Of a DNA stretch of 64,000 nt, positions 10,100 to 23,438 are shown in pieces. The notes under the pieces were generated by a model. That model ran no database searches, had not been told where the DNA came from, and saw only the letters and a list, made by a program, of their open reading frames with translations. The DNA lies in assembly GCA_976226885.1 (NCBI GenBank), contig OZ320313.1, positions 64,418,001-64,482,000 of the forward strand, read 5' to 3'. A program made the translations under genes and the position numbers. How positions within the stretch are numbered: position 1 is the first letter of the stretch; each line of letters begins with the position of its first letter. Source of the stretch: Iphione sp. A-MEVVRFRX5. Taxonomy: Eukaryota.

Positions 10100-13000
10100 T
10101 ACATGATTAAGTTGATCTGTCGAAATATTAGAAGTATATTCCACAAACTACCTGGAGTAAAAATATCAATAGGGATGGAATATGATATAACTGTTTTTAG
10201 CAAAAGTTGGTTGGTCCAAGACGTACTGGATGGTTATGTAAATTGGGGAGGTTATCAAACTGTGTAATGACAGGAAAACAGGGAAAAACTGAGGAGGGAT
10301 TTTGATGTATGTGGGGGGGGGGTATTGAAATCCAACATACGGAATGTATTTCAACATCGGATGGGGAAGTAATAGTCACCCATTTAAAGATGCAAAATTG
10401 TAATATCTGTGTCATCAGTGTGTACAGACCCCCGACTGGGAACTGGGAAAAGTTTATTGAGATCCTGTCTAAGCTTATGGATGCAATGCCACACTAAAAA
10501 CATGTAATAATAATAGGTGACTTGAACTGTGATTTTTCAAGATGGGGACATAGAATGAGAAATATTGAGGGATTGATGAGGGAACTTGGACTGTAACAGG
10601 CAATAAAGTCAATAACATATCTGAGCATGACAGGTGGCATACTAATAAATGTTTGCTTTTGTGAACAGAGTAAGTGTGTAGAGACAAAGGTGATAGATAA
10701 TCAACTGAGTGAACTTATGCATTCGTATTGAAATATAATCTAAAGGAAGAACTACATCTGCTGCAACAGGTGATGAACCGAAATCATAATGCTATGAATG
10801 TATTAATGATGCAAGACAGGATTAGAAGATTTTATTGGACAATGTTAAATGTTTTGGAGGGAGGATGTTGATGCAAAATGGGAGTTGGTCCATCAAACGG
10901 TTATGAATGAGACTGATATACAATACCCTATTAAGAAAATGTATGAAAGAGGATATGGTAGAGCAAGAAAATAGAGTGTGAGAGTACAAAGAGCATTGGA
11001 TAAATGTAACATTGGTAAACAGAAATATCTGGATGAAATAACGATGGTGGCTTGGAATGAATGCAGAGAAGAAAAGGTAAGGTATGTGGGAGGTGAGACA
11101 GGATAAGAGAAGAGGAATAAATGATAAATTGAGTAAATGTGCGAATGATCCAAGGAGGTACTGGCAGGTGGTAAATGGAATCCTGGGAATAAATAGAGTG
11201 AATGCAAGAGCATGGTAATACAATAAGGGGAAAGGATGTTCCACAGAAAATGTGTCACTTCTTCAGTAATATTGGAGCTGAAATATTAAGGAAAGTTGGT
11301 GAGCCTCTAATCCTGGCAAAAGCAGAGGAATTGAAATTTAAACTTCGTGAAGTGACTCAGGATATGGTTCTTAAGGCATTGAAGACAATTAATCTGGGCA
11401 AGAGCTTGGGGATAAGGTATACACGCAGTGACATATACCTAAAAGGGTTGTCACCAATAGTGGATGTATTGACACAGGTCTTGAGGGAATGTTACAGCAA
11501 GGATCAGATTCCAAGAGCCTGGAAAATAGGGCGGATTAGTCCAATCCATAAGGGAGGCATCAGGCCGCTGCTTACTAACTATAGACCGGTTAGTGTCCTT
11601 CCAATTGGAGCGAAAATAATGGAGAGAATTATGAATGAACAATTAGTCGAATATCTGGAAACTGAGAATCTTATATATGTGAATCAGTTTGGATTTTGGA
11701 GAGGACACTCTACAGCAGATGCACAGGTGGTGTTAACGGATAACCTACATAGGTTGATAAATGAAGGCAAGAAGGCAGCTGCCTGCTTCCTAGATTTTAG
11801 GAAGGCATTCGATAATGTCAATCATCAATTGTTATTACATAAGCCTAGGATTATTGGGTGTGAAAGTGTAGTGGGATGGTTTAGGGAATATTTGCATGAG
11901 AGAAAACAATATGTTGTGGCAAATGGAAAGGAGTGTGAGATGTTTGATGTGACCTGCGGGGTGCCCCAGGGTAGCCTACTGGGGCCCCTGCTGTTCTTGG
12001 TCTTCATCAATGACATAGGGAGTCTACCATTAATGGGACGGGTTGTTCTCTATGCGAATGACATGGTGTTATATTATGGGGGGGACACCTGGGAGAACAC
12101 ACTGAAGTCATTGGAGAAGGACCTATGACAGATAAATAACTGGTGTAAAGAAAACAAAAAAAAAACAAAACAAAACCAAGGAATTTTCTCCTTTAGAGAA
12201 AATGTCCTTGGTTTACACCCATTAAACATCATTATTGAAACAGATTGATCACCATGACTGTCCCATATAAATATATTAAAAATATAAAGTGCCTGATGAG
12301 ACTACCCATCAAAACCGTGTTATAGTGGGCATAAAATTTGCCATATCAATGTCATTTAGCAGGACTAGCACAGTGAGAACTCAGGTTCACCCCTGGCAAC
12401 CAGCCACATACTTAAGCAACATAGGAACAGCTGGCAAACCCTCAACTCGGTTGCACCTCATGGAGGCAGGAGCCTAGCATTCTTCCAATCATAAAGAAAG
12501 CAAATTAATGCTCAATGTAGACAAGACAAAACATATTCTTTTGTCATACAGGGGAGGGATAAAAGGTGTTGTTAAGGGGGAGTGAAACTGGGGGATATTG
12601 ACTTAAAGCAGTGTAGTAGCCATAATTACTTAAGTTTCTGGCTTAATGAACGCTTGAGATATAACAGTCACAGTGATATAAGGAGAAAGATTGCACGTAA
12701 AGTGTACATGGTGCACAGATTGAGGCAATACATAGGAGAGGTGGCATTGAAGGTATGTAGGACATTAATTAGCCCAGTGGTGGGCTATAATTGCTTCATG
12801 ATGTATGGTTCAAAAATAAGGGAGTGGCAGATGGTAAAGCATACCATGATGCGACTGTATAAGGTCTGTACTAGAAAGGGCACAGAAGAAACTAGCATGA
12901 TGTTACAGGAAAAGGGAATCTTGTCTTAGATGTGGAATGCAGACGTCAACTATTGGTTGTTGTACATAGGCAGGTAGTAGTTGAATGGCCGTATTATATT

Positions 13001-13490
13001 AGGATAATTACAAACAGAAGCAGAGTGTTTGTGCACAGGCCAAAAAGAGGTTTCAAACATGGCTGTATGTTTAAGGGTACAGTATTATGGAATTCACTAG
13101 CAGAAAAAATTAAGGACAGTAAGGTCTCTAAACTGTATAAAAGGTATATAAAAAAAGTATGTACAAGACAAGTGGAGAGGGAAGAATAGAAGGGTACCAT
13201 AAAGCGGACAGCATGACTTTTAACTGGCAGTACCTTGACTGTTTCAATATACAATGTAAATTAAGGGTAAAGTGGTATGTTTTACATAACATTTCATACC
13301 ATTATCATTCTCACTGTGATGTCGATGTATCATCATAATGAGTTTTCATTTTTGTAAATAATGTAGATATGAAGTGTATAAGTTTAGTTTGGAATGGAAC
13401 TTCTATATGGAAATGATGCTATTTGTAACAGACGAGTTGATAGTTGGGCCAATAGGACCAAATATGTAATTAACTGAAACAAATTAAAAA
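10100..13490 (+). mobile_element. Decayed CR1/L2-type non-LTR retrotransposon ORF2 (APE endonuclease + RT + C-terminus)
   Basis: Endonuclease: 'NIRSIFHK..YDITVFSKSWL', 'GGILMYV', 'SVYRPP', 'IIGDLNCD'. RT: 'YRPVSVLP..AKIMER', 'QFGFW..HST', 'FLDFRKAFDNVNH', 'GVPQGSLLGPLLFLVFINDI', 'YAND' (YADD), 'LNVDKTK'. C-terminus: 'FKGTVLWNSL..KIK'. Multiple stops and frameshifts. The 3' end is approximate. Confidence 0.92.
12159..12491. mobile_element. ~333-bp unclassified insertion in the LINE RT, flanked by a probable 13-bp TSD
   Basis: The LINE reading stops at 'NNWCKENK' and resumes at 'K..KLMLNVDKTK'. TAAAGAAAACAAA (12146-12158) and TAAAGAAAGCAAA (12492-12504) flank the insert. Confidence 0.65.
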
Positions 13491-13553
13491 CAAGAGTGTG
13501 GACCTGTGAGGTCTATTGTCCCCCGCCATCAACTGCCTAGAGAGAGAGGGAGA

Positions 13554-13619
<66 letters not shown>

Positions 13620-14057
13620 TGTCTCTCTCTCTTTACAACCACCTTGATTGGTGGCACCAGACCTTTACAAACCCTCGGTTCTGCATGAGTGAGCACAGCA
13701 CCCTCGGTTCTGCCTCACTGAGCACCAGACTGCTACAAGCTGATAGTGGTAGAGGAGAGATATTGGTGAGTGTGTATGTGCATGGTCAGACCAAGGAACC
13801 CCTGAACCAGGTATGTATGTGTGTAAGTGTGTTAGCAAAAGAGTAAAATTGACATAATTTCACCTTTAAAATACTTGGATTACTACCAGAATTACCCAGT
13901 GCCATGGGGCCATATATACCAATATCATATATTAAAATCAGTTCTTTTGATTGAAGGGTTTGAGACTTATAAGGCCCACAAGAGTGTGGCGGATGGTCGG
14001 GACACCAGCCCGTAGCATTCCTAATGTCCCCCCCTCTATGAGGCGGGGGACAAAAAA
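13486..14057 (-). mobile_element. Non-autonomous Helentron-like element (HINE / DINE-1 / pearl-type structure)
   Basis: On the - strand: 5' T-run, subterminal IR GGCGGGGGACAA (14042-14053) with a nearby partial IR TGTCCCCCCC (14025-14034), internal microsatellite, a perfect 12-bp complementary subTIR TTGTCCCCCGCC (13516-13527), a stem-loop GACCT-GTG-AGGTC (13501-13513), then a T-run end. Confidence 0.8.
13538..13632. repeat. Compound (GA)n(GT)n(CT)n microsatellite
   Basis: Read directly from the sequence; lies inside the Helentron-like element. Confidence 0.97.
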
Positions 14058-17000
14058 TGCCGGCACACACTATACCAATAGCGTTTGAAAAATAACATTT
14101 GAAATGACATGAAATCGGGCACAAGATTAAAAGTTTACTTGGGCACAATAAAAACATACCAGTGTTATATTATATATATATAAATATCATACCTTCATCA
14201 CTTAACGATATGTATATTAGCGTTTTAAATTTACTGTCGTTCAGTTGTGTTCGTTTTTCTTAATTGAAAATATACTTTCAATATAACCCATCTTGAGCAA
14301 TTTTTTTGTGATATACACTTTCGAGCGAGATCCGCGATTACAATGGTACAGGTTCTATGTTCTGCTGACCATTTCAAAATTGTATGTTTGAGACATAAAG
14401 ATAAGAAAATACCAACAAAGGCAAACTGTCGTCCAAGTAATTTATTTGTACACCATTATGTTGACGATTTAACGTAGATACATCCATAAACCTGCTGAGT
14501 CAGCACATTGCACGTCTCATCAATATTAATAAGCGTTTTTCTCCTCATTTGAATTTCATGACCTGTGTCCTTCACAGCAGGTACCAAGGTCAAACATGAA
14601 CAACATTGTATCTACATTTTAAAAAATAAAAATTATAAACGAATACGTGATAATTCATTCATGATAATCTCATAGAGGGCTCGAACATGAATGTTTCTTA
14701 AAAAGCGAAGACCTCAAAGCTAAAAAAGACCATACGTCTGGCATGTCCACACACCTTTCACTTTCGCCTAATGCATAAAAGCATTCATCACAAACTGCGC
14801 ACATAGTAATTGATCCATTCATGTAAAGAACTTTGAATAAAAAATTATCATAAAAGAAGCAAATTAAAATAAAACGGTTGTAAAAACACAACAACCTATG
14901 ACCAACGTGCAACAAATCTATTTAACTGTTTAAAAGAATTTAATAGAGGGACGTGGGGGGAAAAGGCCAAATCTAGCGAGCAGAACAAATCATAGTGTAG
15001 TAGCTCAGCACTTCTCAAAATATTGGCACTTTTTCACAATTAGAGACAAACCGCTTCTGAAGAACTATTTTTCTCTACTTCCACCCTGATTACTCTTTTT
15101 CTCTCCTCGCATTCTATGATCAACTACAAAACTAGCAAACCTAGGGTCTATCATGCACCGAACAGGGGGATACTTCATGAGTTTTTTTATCACCATATAA
15201 AGCACCATGCCTGAAATATGGACTTTCAGGTAAGCTGTAAGGTGCGACTGCGACATTTTTCTCTCAGAAGTGCGAGCTGAAATTTGTCATTACGCGAAGT
15301 TTTTCCAGACACCGAAAACACGGGAGCATAACCCCTCGTCACTCTCCAATGAATGCACGTACTCCACATGCATTTCGTACATGTAAGTTGTACTGAATAA
15401 ACACGAATCCTCACACAAGAGACTGCAGATGAAGACGCTATTGTCTGCATCCAGTGACCAGACATGCACACACACACACATACACACGATACCCAACCGC
15501 CTGTCTGGCGTCTCGTTTGTTCCTCTAACTGACATCTTTGGACACACTGACTCGGTTTGCTCACCTACAGTGGCGCACATACAACGAGAATATATCACAA
15601 CATATCTCATGTGTTGTGGCTGGCTCAGTATGTATGCACCTTTGATAGAAGGTCCACCTTAGTGGTCGAATACAGTACACATGTACAGGTCTTGGGAGTG
15701 GGGTAACACAAAACAAGATACGAAGCGGTCATACAATATGAGTTATCTTCCTTAAAGAAAAAAACTTCAAGGATTCTTGCTTTCTTTATTATCTACTATA
15801 CTGACTTCAAAAACTATCCTGAAAGTCGTATTTGCCGGTTCTGTTTCTTACTGGCAGGTTACGTATTATTTCCTGGATACTACCACGGTCTTCACGGTCT
15901 TCTATGCATCAATACACCTGTCTCCACCTGTGTTCTCCGCACATCCTTTCAATGTTTACATCCTTAACAGTGAGTGATATCGCAAACGGAACTGAAAGTG
16001 TGATTCAACAGGCCTTCTACACCAGAACCGACTGGAAATGTAGGCTACAGCAGCTGAACAGATATTCTCTCTCCACATGTCCTTATCTCTAAGGAACATC
16101 AGATTATAGCACGTTTTTGATACTCTCCTCATTTGGGTTATTGCTCACTGATGATGGGTGTATGGATGCCAGCAAGTCTTTGAGAACCAGAGAATCTTTC
16201 AATTGCCAATCTCACATACAAAATAATGGCTTGGTACGTTTGTGGTAGCACGCAGGATCCGGCAGTTTTATACACAGGAGTTTCCCAGAAGATACTGAAT
16301 CTACTAGGGACTAAGGCTTATTGCTCAGTGACAATGGTGCATATAGTACAGGGACATCTGCATCAAACCAATCATTTATAATAAAATATACCTTAATCAA
16401 ATAAGAGGGCAAAGATCATTTCTGAACTCAAGCAGAGACTACTTATAATGGGGGATACAAGTATCAACATGTGCATCTTTAAAATAGAAAGTCTTAAAGG
16501 TGCGTACAATAATCCTTAGCCAGTTTAAAGTATTTCCTTTGCAAGTGCTTTTTATGGTTTGTGACATTATAATGCACTGAAACGTCGATTGTGACAAATA
16601 GTTTCCCTTGACAATTACCTTTTAAAAACTGACTGAGGTGTTAAAAAGGTTATTTTACAATTGCCAGCAGTGTGAATGGTAGAAACCATTATTTAATGTT
16701 CCCTCTTGCAAAAAGGCAATCATCTTCAGCCGTTTATGGATGTTCTCTATCATTTGTCTACAAGGATATACATTGTATATATAATACTTACATTATGTTC
16801 CACTGGGATGATCACAAAAAGCAATGCCTTGGTAATTCCCATATAAGTTAGGACCAGAGTGTTACTATGCCATTGTTCAAATATATAAACTGGTCAACAA
16901 AGTATAATGACAACTTGAGCAGTTCTTCTCTGGGCGAAATAAAAGTATGGTGGAAGGACACGCATTTATCTTTACTTTTTTCACACTGGTGCATCATGAT

Positions 17001-17264
17001 GGAGTTAGGGATCTTTTTTATTTTTTATGGCAGCAATTTATTTTCTTATCGCAAAGTACTGGGGCAACCACCTCATTATACATGTATATCAATGGCTACT
17101 GGTGCTTCGTTGGCACTGAATAATAAATATTCTCCTAAAGAAAGACACTTTTTTAAAATTACAGTTATTCTTTACACTGTATAAACATCAGATCCTTTAT
17201 AATATTATCAGGAAAAAACTAGAAAACTTCCACCGATTGGTGGTCAGCAGCGCCACAGAATTGC

Positions 17265-17278
17265 GTTGCCATGGCAAC
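17265..17278. promoter_or_regulatory. Perfect palindromic RFX X-box (GTTGCCATGGCAAC)
   Basis: Exact match to the canonical RFX palindrome, ~850 bp downstream of the msn stop codon. Function not shown. Confidence 0.55.
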
Positions 17279-18121
17279 TTGTAGCGACACACCTGTATCT
17301 ATAGACGATTTTTTTGTGTTTTCAATTTTGTATGAATGACTACAAACTAAATAGTTGGCTTCCCTGACAGCAAGCATTGCTGGGCCCGCACCAGCTGTGA
17401 TATGAGGTTGGTCAGACATCCTTGCTGATGCCGGGTAGTAAAGTGGCGTGCGAGAAGGGAACATATCTCTCCCAATTATGGTAAGGAGGCTATCTTCCAA
17501 GGATTTCCTTTTGTATTCTGTTACAATGTTATACCAAAAAATCCCATTTGCTACATGGTTCTCTCTCTGAAAAAAATTGTCCCTTTCGCTTTATAAAATT
17601 ACTGGCACCCTGCAGCAATCAGAAATGACGACGGGGTGGAGGGGGTGCGGGAGGTGCGGCGGCCCCACTAGTTATGTATGGCTGGAAGTCATGCTTGCTG
17701 GGGGCAGGTTACATGATAATATATCTGGGTATATCTAACCCTTGTTATACTAAGTGAAGCAGAAACCCTTATCCCTAAACAGTCCTTATTCCCAGCTTTA
17801 CAGCATTAAGAGACCATGCATGTTCTCTTTTTGCAGATGCCCCCCACCCACCGTCTGGTAACCAAGCCTTGTGTAGTTGATGGCACGCTGGTCGACATAG
17901 GTGGACTGTGACTGAATGTCTGTCGCTCGTCTCTGTGCCTGGGAGGCCACAGCTTGTTACAGGACTGTAAAGGTGCTGAAAGGGCTGAAGATTCTGCCAA
18001 GGCGTGGCCACACACTGGGAGGTTTCTCGCGGACTGCTTATGATATAAAAAGCGCTAAGCCTCTACCTCGGCTAGAACCGCCTCGGACACGGCAACAAGG
18101 CATTCCTCCCTCGATGACTCC

Positions 18122-18205
18122 TCACCAGTTGGCCAGTCCAGGCTTGTTGAGGGTCATAAAGTAGATCTGACAAGAGGATCCTGAGCGTATTGAAGAGAAG
18201 AACAC
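18122..18205 (-). CDS. msn: Misshapen/MAP4K4/MINK1/TNIK-family gene, last coding exon: VFFSSIRSGSSCQIYFMTLNKPGLANW*
   Basis: Acceptor ccattccag; TGA at 18122-18124; family C-terminal motif QIYFMTL..W, of the Drosophila-like (NKPG.ANW) type as I recall it. Confidence 0.96.
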   Translation of the reverse strand: MFFSSIRSGSSCQIYFMTLNKPGLANW

Positions 18206-18520
18206 CTGGAATGGGAAAAAAGTCAACTTATCTCCGTCTTAGATTTTCTTGATCGAAGGAAACATCTATCATAATGAAACCTACTTACACGCAGGCTTTA
18301 CTTTCCTTTAACAGTTTGATCGGCACCATTTCATAGTTGAATACACGTTTCACAATGTAAACCCAAAGGGGCCCAGGACCTAATGGAACGTTTGTATCTA
18401 AATAAAAATCCTGGTCATGTTTGTGGGCGATATTGTATTTCCATTGTTAAGCCTAATCCTAATAGAACCTTTTTTTCTAAACAAAAGAAAATTAATCCCG
18501 GAGTTGCAGAAGAAGTTTAC

Positions 18521-18660
18521 CTTATCATTACGCTCACACAGGAACTTGAGTTTCTGCGCCTTTTTGTGCATGAAGACTCCGTCCAGGTGACCCGTCTCGG
18601 CGGCTCGGATCTCGATAGCTTTATGGCCCCAGCCCATGATCTGGCCAGTGCTGATGTACG
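18521..18660 (-). CDS. msn: msn CNH-domain exon: (A)[46 protein letters not shown]
   Basis: tag/gtaaac boundaries, phase 1 to 0; near-identical to the MAP4K4-family CNH sequence. Confidence 0.97.
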
Positions 18661-18904
18661 CTACAAACAATCCATCAAACGATGGTATGAGATATTGGTC
18701 GTGGTCTCGACAGCTAAAGTGTGTAAAGTGAGGCCAGGCGAGGGGGGACATTTTAGAGATTCCTGATTATATTTAGTATGATCGTTCCTGAAGGGAAAGT
18801 ATGATTAATCCGGACATCTTATTCGTGTCTACGTGTAATAATTGTCGATGCGTCATATATGTATACTTATACTACAGGCCACACTTTATAAAATAAATAC
18901 TTAC

Positions 18905-18985
18905 CGACTGAGGTGGGCAGCTCTCCCCACTGGAGGACAACATTTTTACTAATTTTCCCATATGTGTCGACGTACACGCCTTCAT
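18905..18985 (-). CDS. msn: msn CNH-domain exon: (N)[26 protein letters not shown]
   Basis: cag/gtaagt boundaries, phase 1 to 1; contains the EGVYV.TYG..LQWGE.PTSV motif. Confidence 0.96.
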
Positions 18986-19380
18986 CTGAATGGCATAACA
19001 AAACGGCACTTGTTAAACAAATCAAGGAAGAGCAACATTATTCCATCCACATTTTAAATCACAGCAGCTATAGGACCATATAGCTCCCGACTAACTTAGA
19101 AGGTCTTTCGGTGTTCTCCGCAAATAAAGACAGAAGGATTATCCTTTAAGAACGTTCCCCTCGGACTTTGGCGGAAAACAAATACAATCTAAATGCTCCA
19201 GAATCCCAGGAGTTTTACTTAGAAACAGGTCTGAGAATCTGACGTCAGGAGGCGCACAACCTGATGCGGAGGGGATTACAAATCGTTAAAAATTGCATAA
19301 TACGATGAGAGCAGCCACTGGCACTGTCAAGATCAGCATTACTGGGGAACCGAACGAACGGGACACTGGAGAGCACTTAC

Positions 19381-19459
19381 TGTCATAACAAAGGAGGAGC
19401 TGCATGCCATTTGTGTTGGGAAGTATGACGATTGTGTGAGGCATGATAGCACCTTGCGT
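19381..19459 (-). CDS. msn: msn CNH-domain exon: TQGAIMPHTIVILPNTNGMQLLLCYD
   Basis: cag/gtaagt boundaries, phase 0 to 1; contains the PH.I.ILPNT.GM..LLCY motif. Confidence 0.96.
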
Positions 19460-22400
19460 CTGGAAAAAGCAAAATGGGCCATTAGCAGCATGTCTGTGCA
19501 GGGCACTGGAGTCTATTCTTGGTCCCACCATCCTACCTTAGCTTTGCCAATAGTCTTTTCATTACTGATTATTACTGTATACAAATGAGATGACGAACTA
19601 GTCAAGGGTGTCAAACCTGAAAACTGTCTCCTGGTATCTATGTATATTCCACTTACATAAACTGCGCGAATTACCATTTCCTGACAGCATACCTTTATAG
19701 AGTTCCTTATAACAAAAAGAAATCACTGCAGAAACGACTATGATATCTTCTACACAATATCGAGACGACAATACCACATTCAATAGTTTATATGTGTGCA
19801 CGGGTAGTATAGTAATAAAAGAATTACAACTGTTTCCTTATTCTTCTAACAGGAAAAAAAACACAACTTCCAGACCATGGGGATAATCTTCACATTAACA
19901 ACAACGCCTGTACACTGCCTGAATCTTGCACCCACTGATCTTGGTTCAATCATTTACAGTCGGACTATTTGATCCGCTTACGCTCTGAACATTGTGGATA
20001 TGCCATCTGACTTTGTTACAAAACACCTGGTTTTATCAATGCTGTGAAAGTCAGATGCCAATGGACCATGTACGTCCTTCATGAAATGGACCATTACCAC
20101 GTCTGTGTGATGGCAACTCAGGCTTCCATGCAAACCAGAATTTTAACATTCTCTGGTGGAGGGAATTATACTGCAGAGTGCCTTCGACACTAGATTTTAA
20201 CCTTAAATGCAATCCGTTATGTAGCTATGGTGTTTTCTTATTTCTGCGGCGGAGACTTGTGACCCCAGGTTTTAGTAGTTTGAAAGGAGAAGACACGGAA
20301 TGCATATGGATATGTCAAAGAGACCTTAACGAAGGATAGAAAACTAAAGTAGCTAAATGGAGTCAATACATAGTTCTATAGGGCAAGCGAGGATAAAAAC
20401 ATACTGTGAGGGACGACACTAATAACACTTGTATGAAAAGATGCGCAATGGTGACTATATAATTGGTAAATGCAGTTAAGTATATGATATCAAATTCACT
20501 AACAATAACGAAATGTGGATTACAAAGTTCACGTTTATGTCAGGTCACATACTTAGAAATCATCGCAACATGCCAACCAAAGCCTAACACACACCTTCTG
20601 ATAAGAAACGAAGATATTCTTTATGACTCGATGCAGTAAAAATATAGAATATTAACATAATGATTAATGTGGACAGGTACAGCCTAAATATAAATTAACA
20701 AGTATTTTCTCCTTGTTAGTGACTGATAACTTGCACGCTGACGACACTGATCAAAATGCAGACCTGAAAAGAATTTGGGGGGTGCAGCAGTGTGATGGCC
20801 ACAGTGCGGCTGAAGTTGCCATGGTGACCATTGGAGACCCCTCTGGGTAGCGATGGGCTTCAAAGTCTGTCGACGATAAGTCTAATATGCTTTTACTATT
20901 TCATACTGGCACATATTTGCTTTGGGAAGATCTCAAAGGAGAAACAGAACTTCTGTAAAGTGTTGCTTCAGATCTAGGTATTAGACAACAGTAACTGCTT
21001 AGGGTTGAAGACCATGCCCAATGCCACCCATGTGGACAGTTGCTAGGGAGGAAACCATGGTAACAACGTTCATGCCAACATAGAAGAAGGCGCTGTACCT
21101 GATCCCTATACTATAAGTCCGTGACGACCAATCAGAACATAAGAAACAGAATCAGAAACGTATGAGTCATCATCTCCCACCTCCACGACAATTTTTAATT
21201 TGAAGGGACATCCCAACTGAAATTCGCATGAAATGCAGTGTGGATTAAAAAATATATATATACTTTTTTTCACGTATCAATTCGTTATGGAAAAGGAATA
21301 ATTTCGTAGCATTTAATGACTGCTAAATTGATATCAATTTTTCTGTTTGGGTTTTAAGCTGGACAGTTTGTAATCCATTTGTGCATATGTTTTGTTTTGT
21401 CAGCTAGTAGGTTTGAAAACCACAGACTGTCCAAGTTCCCCACTGATGTGTGTTTTCTTTGTGTGTGTATATGAGAGCCTGACATGTTGCGAACAACAAA
21501 CTCAGCACAGAACTACAACATTACATGAACATGCAACCATTGAAGCAAAAAGTAACCATGGCCAGTGAATGGGAAAAATGTTGAATGGAAGATATGAGAG
21601 AAAATCTAGCCTACTCATATCTGTGTGCATGCGGCCATTTTGACAACAATGAGAGACAAAGGCTCCACTGTATGGTTCAGCTCCAGTTCCAAAAGAGCTC
21701 AACAACATACTTTTCTTAAAAAAACACTGCTTTAATTGACAAAGTGTCTCTGTATGGATACTACAAGTAAACTATCTAGAGCTGACCATTCCAAAATGAG
21801 GTCAAGAGGCAGCTTGTGTCTGACTGATTCCTAGTGCTGGAGCCAGTAGTTTCCCTTTTGTGAAATACCATCAATAAAAAGGAAGAAAATAGGAGTTTAA
21901 ATTTTAAACCCAATTCAGGTAGCATCTTCAAGTAGTCTATGTTCCTGTAGGGAGCCAGGGGGATGTTTTTGTTATGATGATGAGGGAAATTATCATGGTG
22001 TGCAATGCAATTCGATCACGAGCGTAAATGTAGGGTTCTCGCCACTGAGCAATCCCAAACACAGTGAAAGCTAAACAGGATGGAGGAAAGTATTGTATTG
22101 GGAATTTCCATGCCGGTTAGTGTGTGGCTGCCAATCGGTAGAGGTGCAATGATGTGAAAGAATGCAAACTGCCTGAACCAATTTCGCTGGTTATATATTC
22201 ATCTACGGGAACAGAGATTATTTGACGGAACTAAGTAGAGGTATTCGTAGTTAAAGATAAAGGTCATTTCAAGGCTCCCAAAGTGCTCATGTGCACTCAA
22301 GAGACCAAAGGACTCAGCACTTAAACTTTCCAAATGACAGTAGAACTACTTGGCTGTCTTTACCAGGAGCATCCTAGAACCACCTTTTTAGAGTATTTCA

Positions 22401-23288
22401 ACGAAGAAGACACTAGACATCAACAGGTCAGTTAACAGTGAACCTTGCGGTACACCCCAGTCAGACACTTTAATGATAGGGCAATGATGGTATGTCTCGG
22501 AGCCATGACTAGCAGACTACGCAAGCAGTGAGAACGGGAAAAAGGAAGGATGGCGAGTTACGCTCACATTTCGAGGAGTTGATGCGTGTTTGGGCTGGTC
22601 ATGGTAAAAGTAAATAAGAATGCTCATGTCAATTGATACTGTAAAACAATACGAATTATCATCATGAACAACGGGTGTCAGATCTCCAATACCAATTATT
22701 TTCATTAGTGCAAAGGATGGCTGTTAAACATACAATCTGTGTATGTATTGTGGCAAGAGTTTGCAACAGTATAGGTAATGGACTTATTTCTGCGTTTTCT
22801 TTACTAAGCAAAACGTAAGGTTAATAACATTTCAAACGCTATAATACCAGTACTTGTACAAAGTTTTATTTCCTTCAAACTTGCGACACAAATCGACTGA
22901 AAAAAAATTATGTTTTTCCTTGATAAAAATTGCTTTAGTCACGAGTATTCAGAAAAAATAACTCTATGTTGTTGCAAACATCCATAGCAGACCCCACCTT
23001 ACCACTTACCACTGACAGGACGGTTTGTTTTACAGTATGACATTGCACGTAAGTGCCAGGCACCAAGCCTCAAGGTACATGAGAAAAAAAGTAAGGGAGG
23101 AGACATATGTATGTAGGATTATGAGACATAGTGGTGTTTATATACAGATAGTCTCCCAGTCAAATGGAGGTGGGATGCTTGTCAGCCAGCAAGCGCAAAG
23201 GTTGATATATGTGGGAATAAAACAGAAGGCTTTGTGTGTGTCGTTAACCTGCAGTTTGGTAGGAATCGGTTTAGTTGCCCATACTTAC

Positions 23289-23438
23289 ATGCGCTGGAAT
23301 GTAGATGTCAAACACTTGGGAAGTGTCAAGATCGATTCCGTGGAAACCGCGGTATGAACCGTAGATGACCTTTAACCTTTGACCTTCTTCAACCGTCAAG
23401 TCAACAAGGACAGGCTTCTCGACCAAACTGGAGAAGGA
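23289..23438 (-). CDS. msn: msn CNH-domain exon: [50 protein letters not shown]
   Basis: cag/gtaagt boundaries, phase 0 to 0; contains the [21 protein letters not shown] motif. Confidence 0.97.

Noticed and set aside
11202-12128. 308-aa RT ORF as an intact gene or active LINE
   Set aside because: It is a fragment of a decayed ORF2: YADD is altered to YAND, there are stops upstream and downstream, and an insertion interrupts it.
15832-16092. DIANGTESV as an RT 'D..NAFNSV' motif
   Set aside because: Isolated weak resemblance with no other RT motifs in the right spacing.
18035-18124. Stop-codon readthrough extension of msn
   Set aside because: The context TGA-GGA is not a leaky TGA-C(TA) type, and the downstream frame shows no recognisable motif.
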